From the NCBI GenBank assembly GCA_964548535.1, contig CAZJRQ010000015.1:1-55659 (forward strand): 55,659 bases of DNA, in the 5' to 3' direction. The notes beneath the pieces were generated by a model that saw only the letters and a program-made list of their open reading frames with translations, did no database searches and was not told the DNA's origin. Position 1 is the first letter of the stretch; each line of letters opens with the position of its first letter. Position numbers and translations under genes: made by a program. This DNA is from an uncultured Oscillospiraceae bacterium (GTDB lineage Bacteria; Bacillota; Clostridia; Oscillospirales; Ruminococcaceae). Shown one piece after another: positions 48,324 through 55,659 of this stretch.

Positions 48324-48590
48324 TAAAATCAGTCCTTTCATGTCAGAAATTCTGACAAACATCCAAAATACAGAATACAAAACATTTTCTGTATTTATTA
48401 TAGGAAAAAAATTAAATATTATTTATCACAATTATATTATATACCTTTTTTCTGCAAAATGCAATAGTGTTCAAGAAAAGTTTAATATTTCACTATGGTT
48501 AATATGTTTTTAATCACAAACCACACACAAACAACCTTATACCACCGTTTTAAAAATCCTAGTATTTTAGTATGAATATATCGTTTGGCC

Positions 48591-49028
48591 TTATTTATAC
48601 AACTGGGCCGCTGCAACAGCTAGTGAATCACATCTTTCATTTTCAGGATGTCCAGCATGACCTTTAACCCAAATAAAATTCACTTTGTGCTTATCTAACA
48701 GTGCTAGAAGTTTTTCCCACAAGTCAATATTTAAGGCTTTTTTCTTATCGGATTTTACCCAGTTATTCGCCTGCCATTTCTTCGCCCAGCCTTTTGTTAC
48801 AGCGTCGATTATATACTTTGAATCGCTATACAAATCAACCTCACAAGGTTCTTTAAGTGCCGAAAGTCCGGTAATTACCGCAGTTAGTTCCATTCGATTA
48901 TTTGTCGTTTGCGGCTCTCCTCCTGAGAATTCTTTTTCATTATCTTTATATCTTAAAATCGTGCCATAGCCACCTGGACCTGGATTTCCTGAGCAAGCTC
49001 CGTCAGTAAAAATCTCAATTTTTTTCAT
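48591..49028 (-). CDS. rnhA: ribonuclease HI
   Basis: Catalytic [14 protein letters not shown], the E of NNRMEL, and the D residues of DSKY and ENERCDSLA. Confidence 0.85.
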   Translation of the reverse strand: MKKIEIFTDGACSGNPGPGGYGTILRYKDNEKEFSGGEPQTTNNRMELTAVITGLSALKEPCEVDLYSDSKYIIDAVTKGWAKKWQANNWVKSDKKKALNIDLWEKLLALLDKHKVNFIWVKGHAGHPENERCDSLAVAAAQLYK

Positions 49029-49324
49029 TTATAAAAAACTCTCCGTTAAAATTTATTTTAATAATTTTTATTATACCACAAATTCATTATTTTGACAAGC
49101 AAATTACAGAAAAAACATTTTTCGATTTAAGCCGCAATATAAAATTTCACTGTCAACTTGTACGATTTTTAAATGAATTATTTCTGACAGCTATATTTTT
49201 TTGCTTTTGACAAAATATTTACACGTTGGGACTCTAATAAATATAACCAAAAAATGAAAATCGTGACGATTTTGAAAATATAAACAAAAGCCCCACCTAA
49301 GTGGAGCTTTAATATATTAGTTAA

Positions 49325-49510
49325 TTACCAGCAACAACGTCTGTTATTGCGACAACAACATCTGTCTTCTCGGTCTTCGCGACGCTCACGTCTACGCTCT
49401 CTTTCACATCTCTCGCGCTTTTCTTCGCACTTTTCTTCGCAATCTCTGAACATTTCACGACAATCGTCATCTCTGCCTCTGTCACGCATTCTGTTCCATT
49501 CAACTGACAT
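49325..49510 (-). CDS. small Cys/Arg/Glu-rich protein (61 aa, 10 Cys, C-terminal CCCRNNRRCCW)
   Basis: ATG 49510 lies 6 nt after GAGGTG. The terminator hairpin AAAGCCCCAC/GTGGAGCTTT is immediately downstream. Local GC content is elevated. Codon usage (GAA, AGA, CGT) fits this frame better than the alternative same-strand ORF 49321..49503. Confidence 0.4.
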   Translation of the reverse strand: MSVEWNRMRDRGRDDDCREMFRDCEEKCEEKRERCERERRRERREDREDRCCCRNNRRCCW

Positions 49511-49621
49511 ATCTGTCACCTCGCTTTCGCTTTATATATTATGCTGCTATGCGACTTTATGTGACAAGTTTATTTATAAAAGAAAAAGACAGCCTTTCTT
49601 AGACTGTCTTTAAATCTGTTA

Positions 49622-49798
49622 TTACTTTATTAAATTTCGCAATCTTTCTGCATGTTCTGCTTCATTGTTTGCGTATTCCTTAAAGAATTTTTTAAGTTCA
49701 GCATCTTCCATGTTATCTGAAAAATGCATGAAATCTCTCACTCTTTCCTGTGTATCCAAAAGTGTTTTCTTCAAATAATCTTGTGTAGTAAAACCCAT
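49622..49798 (-). CDS. small helical protein (58 aa), hypothetical
   Basis: ATG 49798 follows AGGAGGG. Its own terminator (AAGACAG/CTGTCTT plus a T-run) lies at 49577-49612. The ORF 49622..49933 in the track begins with a non-protein-like extension. Confidence 0.45.
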   Translation of the reverse strand: MGFTTQDYLKKTLLDTQERVRDFMHFSDNMEDAELKKFFKEYANNEAEHAERLRNLIK

Positions 49799-50124
49799 GT
49801 TTAACCCTCCTAAAATATTTATATCAATATTATTCATCAAAGGATTAGCTTTTATGCAGAACTTTATAACAAATAGACACCGCGATTGTGTTTTCGTAAG
49901 CATACTGGTAGCAACAACATAACTTGCACACATTTCTCAAACCATAATAGTTGGTGTTTTGCTCGTAAGCTACTTTTTTATTACTAAAATTTTTATAAAT
50001 CTGAGTATATTTTTCTGTAATTTTATTTTTAATCAAGCCTGCTTTTTTGTGGTGAAATTTATTGCATTATGCTTATTAATATAATATAATGTAAAAAATA
50101 TCATATTAATAATGGGGTGAAATA

Positions 50125-51417
50125 TTGAAATATAATATTTTAATTATCGGCAATGGTTTTGATTTGTATCATGGATTACCAACAAGATATACTGACTTTT
50201 TAACATTCGCAGAGAATTGGGATGTTTTTTATTCTAAATATGCAAAAATTCAAAGTAATGTGACAGTAAATTCAAACCTTAAAATGTTAATTCGTTTAAG
50301 TGAAAAAAACGAGTTGACAAAACAATCAATGGATGATTTCGCAAAATACTCCAACGCTAAGTTAGTGACGGATGGCGAAGTCAATAACAATCCTTGCAAT
50401 GCGAAATATGTTAATGTTTTTAATCGCATTTATATTAATTCTAATGAAGTAGATGATAAGCATATTACTTACTTAAATACAGAATTAAAAAATAATAAAT
50501 GGATAAATTATTTTTTGCGAACCGATTTTAAAAAAGAAGGCTGGATTGATTTCGAAAAAGAAATTGAAAATGCTTTGTTTTTTATTGAGACCTATTATAC
50601 AGATATTCTACCAAAATCAAAAGGTAAAATATTAAAAAACTCTTTAACAAAAACAAAACGTGAAATTTTGGATACATTTATTGTACACGACAATAAACTC
50701 TATAATAACTTAAATAATAGATACATATATATTTATAAAATAGTTTTAGATGAATTACAAAAACAAAAGATAGATGTACTTAATTTAATGAAAAAACAAT
50801 TAAATATTCTCAATAAATGCTTATATATTTATTTAAACAAATTTATTTCTAACATGGAACATAATTTGTATTCTGAACAAATCAAAGAATTAGGTACGTT
50901 GAAATTATTGAATTTCAATTACACTTCAACTGGAAAAGGGAATTATGATAATATTGAAGAAAGTAATTATATTCATGGTGAACTTGGAAAAAGCAATTTA
51001 GTTTTAGGTGTTAGTGATGATTTTACTGATAATTTAGATTATATTTATTTTCAAAAATATTTTCAGAGAATACAAAAAAGGACAGGTTCTTTTGATAAAA
51101 GTTGGTTACAAAGCGATGGTACATACACAAAAGACGGAAGTAGTATGTATCCTACAGTTTATTTCTTTGGTCATTCGTTAGATAAAACTGATAAAGGAAT
51201 CTTAGAACCAATTTTCAGTTCAGGTTTTAATATAAAAATATTCTATTATAACCAGTTGGATTATGAAAATAAGGTCATTAATTTAATTGCTATGTTTAGT
51301 AGAGAAATTATTATTGATAAAGTTGCAAAAAATAAAATTGAATTTATAAAATTGGATACTGCAGTTACATCTAATACAAACATGAATTCAAAGGCATTAT
51401 GTCAATCAACAAATTAA
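50125..51417 (+). CDS. abiH: AbiH-like abortive-infection (phage defence) protein
   Basis: N-terminal ILIIGNGFDLYHGLPTRYTDF matches the AbiH family signature. Very AT-rich, Asn/Lys/Ile/Tyr-rich, about 430 aa. TTG start follows GGGGTGA. Confidence 0.6.
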   Translation: MKYNILIIGNGFDLYHGLPTRYTDFLTFAENWDVFYSKYAKIQSNVTVNSNLKMLIRLSEKNELTKQSMDDFAKYSNAKLVTDGEVNNNPCNAKYVNVFNRIYINSNEVDDKHITYLNTELKNNKWINYFLRTDFKKEGWIDFEKEIENALFFIETYYTDILPKSKGKILKNSLTKTKREILDTFIVHDNKLYNNLNNRYIYIYKIVLDELQKQKIDVLNLMKKQLNILNKCLYIYLNKFISNMEHNLYSEQIKELGTLKLLNFNYTSTGKGNYDNIEESNYIHGELGKSNLVLGVSDDFTDNLDYIYFQKYFQRIQKRTGSFDKSWLQSDGTYTKDGSSMYPTVYFFGHSLDKTDKGILEPIFSSGFNIKIFYYNQLDYENKVINLIAMFSREIIIDKVAKNKIEFIKLDTAVTSNTNMNSKALCQSTN

Positions 51418-51506
51418 CAATAGTTATTCGCCATATAAAGTTCACACCATAAACAAACTTTATCGCTTGTTATATACATTTTTTTGCTTTCCTAGTGTAA
51501 TTTTAA

Positions 51507-52490
51507 CTATATAACTTACAGCAGCTTACAGAGGAAGCATATGTCGGAACAATAACAACAATTAAAAACTATGAAGGTGTCTCATCGGCTGTTATTGGTG
51601 GAGATACTAAAAAAATCAATCAAAGTTTAATCGAAATGGAGTATGGTTTTATATCCGTTGAAAACGGAACTAAAACATCATTGACTAATCAAGTTAACAA
51701 TTATAAATCAAAAGCAGATGATTTTAAAAAAGCAATCAAAGAAAAAACACCTGGTGTAACTCAAGAAATGTTGAATCAAGCTAACAGCATGGTTAGCGCT
51801 GCTGAAAACGAATTATCAACATTTAAGAGCAAAGCATATAATCAAACACAGCAAGCAGGAACACAAGCTGTAGAGGGATTAAAAAGTAAAATTCCTGACG
51901 CGCAAAACGCAGCGAATAATTTAGTGTACGAACTTGAACAGCCATTAAAAAATCTTAACACTGAGCGATACGGAAAAAGTTTTGTTGATGGTTTCTCTTG
52001 GGGCATTAGAAGTAATCTGAAAACAGCTATAGACGCATCAAATGACATGGCAAATGAAGCAAGAACTGCTCTACTTGACAAGTTAGGAATACACTCACCG
52101 TCGAGAGAAAGTTATAATGCAGGAGATTATTTTATTCAAGGTTTTGCAAATGCGGTTACATATGGCAAAAAGCAAATTGCTAAATCAGTTGGAAAGACAT
52201 TTAGCACAGCATTAACAGTTATTAAATCAGCGGTAGAAGATTATGCAAAATTAAGCGAGGAAGCAACCTCAATTGATTTTTTTAATGGTGTATCGAATAA
52301 AACTGCATTTAGTAGTCTATCAAGCAGACTAAACAGTAAGAATAATGCAAGCGGAAATAGTCAAGTTACTAACAATGACACTAAATTCGTTACAAATAAT
52401 TTTTATCAGACAAATAATTCTCCAAAATCTTTGAGCAGGCTTGATATTTATAGACAATCTAAAAATCTATTAAATTACAAAGGGGGTTAA
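51507..52490 (+). CDS. phage tail tape-measure protein, 3' fragment (5'-truncated)
   Basis: The frame is open from 51507 with no upstream start or ribosome-binding site. The product is Ala/Gln/Ser/Asn-rich with a TMP-type C-terminus (GIHSPSRE...GDYFIQGFANAV). It is followed by Dit-like and Tal-like genes. Confidence 0.5.
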   Translation, partial: LYNLQQLTEEAYVGTITTIKNYEGVSSAVIGGDTKKINQSLIEMEYGFISVENGTKTSLTNQVNNYKSKADDFKKAIKEKTPGVTQEMLNQANSMVSAAENELSTFKSKAYNQTQQAGTQAVEGLKSKIPDAQNAANNLVYELEQPLKNLNTERYGKSFVDGFSWGIRSNLKTAIDASNDMANEARTALLDKLGIHSPSRESYNAGDYFIQGFANAVTYGKKQIAKSVGKTFSTALTVIKSAVEDYAKLSEEATSIDFFNGVSNKTAFSSLSSRLNSKNNASGNSQVTNNDTKFVTNNFYQTNNSPKSLSRLDIYRQSKNLLNYKGG

Positions 52491-52496
52491 TCTTAA

Positions 52497-53348
52497 ATGT
52501 TTACACTAGTTTTAGAAAACGAAAGAGGAGAACAATTAGAACTTACTCATAATGAACTTTATGATGTGTACAACATTGAAGGGCTTAGCCCTCCGTCAGC
52601 AAACATAAGCACATCACCAATCGCTAGCATGGATGGCGAGAGATATAACAACTCACGTGTAAATGTTAGAAATCTTGTAATTTACATTAATATCAAAAGT
52701 CCAGTTGAGGACAACAGGCAAGCTTTATATAAATTTTTTAGGTCAAAACGAAAAGTTAAAGTATATTTTAAAAACGCAAACAGAGATGTTTATATTCAAG
52801 GATATCTTGAAACTTTTGAAGATAATTTTTTTGAGCAATTGCAAACTGCGCAAATATCTATAATTTGTCCTGAACCATTTTTTAAAGCATTGAATGAGAT
52901 GGTAGTCGAGTTTTCAAAGACAATATCACTTTTTGAGTTTCCATTTGACATTGAAAAGTCTGGTATTGAGTTTTCGCGAATTGATCGTGAGACTACGCAA
53001 TATATAAATGTTGGTGATGTCGAAGTAGGCGGAATATTTGAATTAACAGCATTAAAGACGTATGTTGCATATCTTACGATTTATAATTTTACAAATGAAA
53101 CATATTTTAGTGTAAATGAATCATTGAATGAAGGTGACAAAATCATAATCAATACTAATCGTGGTGAAAAATCACTAATATTGATTAGAAAAGGCAGTGC
53201 ACCTATAAGTATTATTCAAAAACGTCAAGCAGGCTCAGAATGGATTCAATTTGTTCCTGGAGATAATGAAATATCGTACGATTGTAAAGTCGGAACTGAA
53301 TATTTAAGTGTGAGTGTTACTGTATCACACAAATACGAGGGGGTATAA
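52497..53348 (+). CDS. siphovirus distal tail protein (Dit)-like
   Basis: Position immediately after the TMP and a size of about 283 aa. Lies upstream of the Gp37/Tal-like gene. Only a weak motif recollection supports the family call. Confidence 0.5.
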   Translation: MFTLVLENERGEQLELTHNELYDVYNIEGLSPPSANISTSPIASMDGERYNNSRVNVRNLVIYINIKSPVEDNRQALYKFFRSKRKVKVYFKNANRDVYIQGYLETFEDNFFEQLQTAQISIICPEPFFKALNEMVVEFSKTISLFEFPFDIEKSGIEFSRIDRETTQYINVGDVEVGGIFELTALKTYVAYLTIYNFTNETYFSVNESLNEGDKIIINTNRGEKSLILIRKGSAPISIIQKRQAGSEWIQFVPGDNEISYDCKVGTEYLSVSVTVSHKYEGV

Positions 53349-53350
53349 AA

Positions 53351-54274
53351 GTGGAGGTATATGTTTTAGATAGTGAACTAGTACCAATCGCAATTATAGA
53401 TCATTATCAATCGCTTATTTGGACTAAACAATACTTTACAAACGGTGATTTTGAATTGTATTTGCCTGCAAATCCTGAGTTGCTGCTATATTTAAAACAA
53501 GATAATTATGTAATGCGTGAAGACGATGACAGTCTGATGATGATTGAGTCAATAAAAATTAATACTGATTTAGATAATGGGGATTATTATACAATATCGG
53601 GAAGAAGTCTAGAATCAATTTTATCAAGGAGAGTAATATGGTATCAAAGCAATTTTATTAATACGAAAGTCTCGACTATTATATATAATCTGTTATCAAG
53701 AAATGCGACAACATCAAATCCGCAAAGACAAATTCCAAAATTGAAAGTTAATACAGATTATATATCAACAGAGACTAACACAATGCAAGTTACATATAAA
53801 AATTTACAAGAAACAATTGAAGATTTATGTAGAACTTATAAATTTGGATGGAGAATTAACAAAGACTATGTTTTTGAATTATACGATGGTGTTGATCGTA
53901 CCAAAAGTGCAAACGGACTAGTCATATTTTCGCCTGAATTTGACAATCTTTTGAATTCTGAATATATAGAAGACATGACAGAATATAAGAATGTTGCTCT
54001 TGTCGCTGGAGAAGGAGAAGGAAATCTTAGGTATAAGCAATATCTTAACAATGATAAATTTAATGGTTTAAGCAGGCGTGAATTATATGTTGATGCTAGA
54101 GATCTTAGCACAAACAGTGATGAGGATATAAGAGATGAATATCAAAATATGATGACACAACGTGGTGAAGAAAAGCTGAGTGAAAATGATGTAGCGAGAA
54201 CTTTTGATTCTGAAATTGATGCAAATATTACGTTTAAATACAAAAGTGATTATAGTGTTGGTGATATCGTATAA
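53351..54274 (+). CDS. siphovirus Gp37-like / tail-associated (Tal-like) protein, interrupted by in-frame TAA
   Basis: N-terminus VYVLDSELVPIAIIDHYQSLIWTKQY. GTG start follows GAGGGGG and overlaps the upstream stop. After TAA 54272-54274 the same frame stays open for 38 protein-like codons, to TAA 54386-54388, which sits 2 nt before the next gene's ATG. Confidence 0.5.
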   Translation: MEVYVLDSELVPIAIIDHYQSLIWTKQYFTNGDFELYLPANPELLLYLKQDNYVMREDDDSLMMIESIKINTDLDNGDYYTISGRSLESILSRRVIWYQSNFINTKVSTIIYNLLSRNATTSNPQRQIPKLKVNTDYISTETNTMQVTYKNLQETIEDLCRTYKFGWRINKDYVFELYDGVDRTKSANGLVIFSPEFDNLLNSEYIEDMTEYKNVALVAGEGEGNLRYKQYLNNDKFNGLSRRELYVDARDLSTNSDEDIRDEYQNMMTQRGEEKLSENDVARTFDSEIDANITFKYKSDYSVGDIV

Positions 54275-54390
54275 GTAAAAAATTCACACGGAATTACAGT
54301 AAACGCGAGAATAACTAAAATAATTGAATGTTGGGATAGTGACGGATACACCGTAGTTCCAAAATTTGAAGGAAGTAGTGAGGTTTAAAA

Positions 54391-55374
54391 ATGTCAATAA
54401 CAAGCGGTTTTTTTAACTCTGTTGAAGGTGACAGAAAATATAATGCCGAACAAATGAGTAGCTATTTTGAGGGGTTAATTAGCAATGGTGTTTATGAAAA
54501 TGTTGGGAATAAATTAGTTGTTAAGGCTGAGGAAGGAATGTCGGTAACAGTAGATACAGGCAGAGCAATGATTAATTGTCATTGGATTAAAAACGATAGT
54601 ATACTTAATTTAACGATAGATCCTAGTCATGTACAATATAGCAGATATGACGCAGTGATTATAAGACTTGACACAAGTGAATTATCTAGAACAGCAACAA
54701 TCTACATAAAAAAAGGTACAGCGAGTAGCGCACCAGCAACACCGTCTCTAACAAGAAATGCAACAATATATGAACTTTGTCTTGCTCATATAAGAGTAAC
54801 AGCAAAATCTACATCAATAAATCAATCTCAAATTATAGACCAGCGTAGCAACACTAACCGTTGTGGATATGTAACCGGATTAATAAAACAAGTTGACACA
54901 TCCGATTTGTTTAATCAGTATCAAAAAGCTTATGAGGATTATTTTAATGAGAGCACAAAAGCTTTTGATGATTATATGCAAGCAAAAAAAGACGCATATG
55001 ACGCATGGTTTGCTGATTTAACAAGCGAATTAAGAGTTGACACCACTCTAAAAAAATATCAGAAAGTAACATTGCTAACATCAAATACTAAGCAAATAGC
55101 AATGGGAATAAAAGAATATACTCCTGACGATATAGTAATCGCTAACATAAACGGCATAATGTTAACGGAAAATGAAGAGTTTAATGTAATTGGAATAGGA
55201 GATAGTGCGATTGTTACATTTAAAAACACTTTGTTTAGCGGAAATGTAATAACTTTAATCGTTATTAAGTCGGTAATTGGACTGGGATATGGAAATACAG
55301 CAGGACAAATAATAGGCTTAACCGCAGGCATACAAGTCACAAAAGTCGGCAAATCAAAAGAACTGGAGGAATAA
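54391..55374 (+). CDS. phage tail fibre / baseplate upper protein (BppU-like N-terminal domain)
   Basis: N-terminus MSITSGFFNSVEGDRKYNAEQMSSYFEGLISNGVY is the conserved head of Gram-positive phage fibre and baseplate proteins. ATG follows AGTGAGGTT. Confidence 0.5.
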   Translation: MSITSGFFNSVEGDRKYNAEQMSSYFEGLISNGVYENVGNKLVVKAEEGMSVTVDTGRAMINCHWIKNDSILNLTIDPSHVQYSRYDAVIIRLDTSELSRTATIYIKKGTASSAPATPSLTRNATIYELCLAHIRVTAKSTSINQSQIIDQRSNTNRCGYVTGLIKQVDTSDLFNQYQKAYEDYFNESTKAFDDYMQAKKDAYDAWFADLTSELRVDTTLKKYQKVTLLTSNTKQIAMGIKEYTPDDIVIANINGIMLTENEEFNVIGIGDSAIVTFKNTLFSGNVITLIVIKSVIGLGYGNTAGQIIGLTAGIQVTKVGKSKELEE

Positions 55375-55379
55375 ATAAT

Positions 55380-55659
55380 ATGTCAATAAAAATCACAGAA
55401 GTAACAACACCGCAACAGGTTTACAATGCAATCAAACCGCTTGAGGATTATTTAGGCGTTAAAATTACTCTCGGCGAAACTACTGAAAACGGAAATAACA
55501 GGCTGTCAATTACTCAAAATGGCATTGAAATATTTTATGGACTTTGTCAATATGCAAACGTATATGGTTTAGACGGTATACGAGTATTTGCAGAGGATAA
55601 AGCAAACGAAAACACAGGAAATGTTGGTCCTTGCGTTTTAATTAAAGATTATGAAAATG
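55380..55659 (+). CDS. phage structural protein, 5' partial (runs off window)
   Basis: ATG 55380 follows GGAGGA. The frame is open to the window end and the gene sits within the tail module. Confidence 0.4.
   Translation, partial: MSIKITEVTTPQQVYNAIKPLEDYLGVKITLGETTENGNNRLSITQNGIEIFYGLCQYANVYGLDGIRVFAEDKANENTGNVGPCVLIKDYEN

Noticed and set aside
49321-49503. Alternative 60-aa ORF (MNGTECVTEAEMTIVVK...) on the same strand as the Cys-rich ORF
   Set aside because: It has no ribosome-binding site. Its codon usage (GAG, GTG, GCG, AAG rich) is atypical for this AT-rich genome, whereas the overlapping Cys-rich frame has GAGGTG-N6-ATG and preferred codons. The call remains uncertain.
1-55659. Stop-codon (TAA) reassignment to explain in-frame TAA codons followed by protein-like sequence
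   Set aside because: TAA is used as the genuine terminator of many well-defined, full-length genes in the window. TAG and TGA are also used normally.

Overview
This window is an AT-rich chromosomal segment of Clostridia/Firmicutes type, and no single complete, clearly novel system stands out; the strongest accessory candidates are an AbiH-like defence gene beside a phage tail remnant and an orphan HgdAB-family dehydratase cluster. Protein-level evidence for the taxon is spoIIID, addB-addA, a split cobalamin-dependent methionine synthase, nifS-nifU-mnmA, ldh, NAD-malic enzyme, bioB and a Firmicutes-style tRNA-Leu(UAA). Most genes lie on the minus strand and have good GGAGG-type ribosome-binding sites. 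The six-frame track allows TTG/GTG starts, so several starts were re-placed on ATG with a better ribosome-binding site.

Housekeeping genes are interleaved with accessory blocks:
- 1-6.2 kb: small regulators (XRE, AraC with GyrI-like domain), a YpsA/DUF1273 SLOG-domain protein, a C45-family peptidase with a co-transcribed Cys4 zinc-ribbon protein, a GNAT acetyltransferase, and a disrupted TrbL/VirB6-like multi-pass membrane gene. This block abuts tRNA-Leu and a T-arm-like fragment.
- 6.9-11.6 kb: an orphan 2-hydroxyacyl-CoA dehydratase (HgdAB/BcrAD) family cluster. It has a frameshifted stand-alone activase, a fused activase-dehydratase subunit, a second dehydratase subunit, and a convergent thioredoxin-like gene with an atypical CYHC motif.
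- 12-16.5 kb: a NitT/TauT-type ABC importer with an arylsulfotransferase-like beta-propeller protein.
- 17.7-24 kb: a seven-gene operon predicted for amino-alcohol catabolism (AraC-type regulator with degenerate receiver, class-III aminotransferase-fold protein, APH-family kinase, APC permease, P-II protein, SDR).
- 38.9-42.9 kb: an nfeD-flotillin operon, with the divergent XRE regulator gene and two identical palindromic operators.
- 49.3-51.4 kb: a GC-rich small Cys/Arg/Glu-rich ORF, a second small ORF, and a very AT-rich AbiH-like abortive-infection gene.
- 51.5 kb to the end: a siphovirus-type tail module (5'-truncated tape-measure ORF, Dit-like, Gp37/Tal-like interrupted by an in-frame TAA, BppU-like fibre). 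No head or packaging genes lie upstream.

Three or four genes carry frameshifts or in-frame stops. This indicates either real pseudogenisation or assembly indels. No CRISPR array or rRNA is present.
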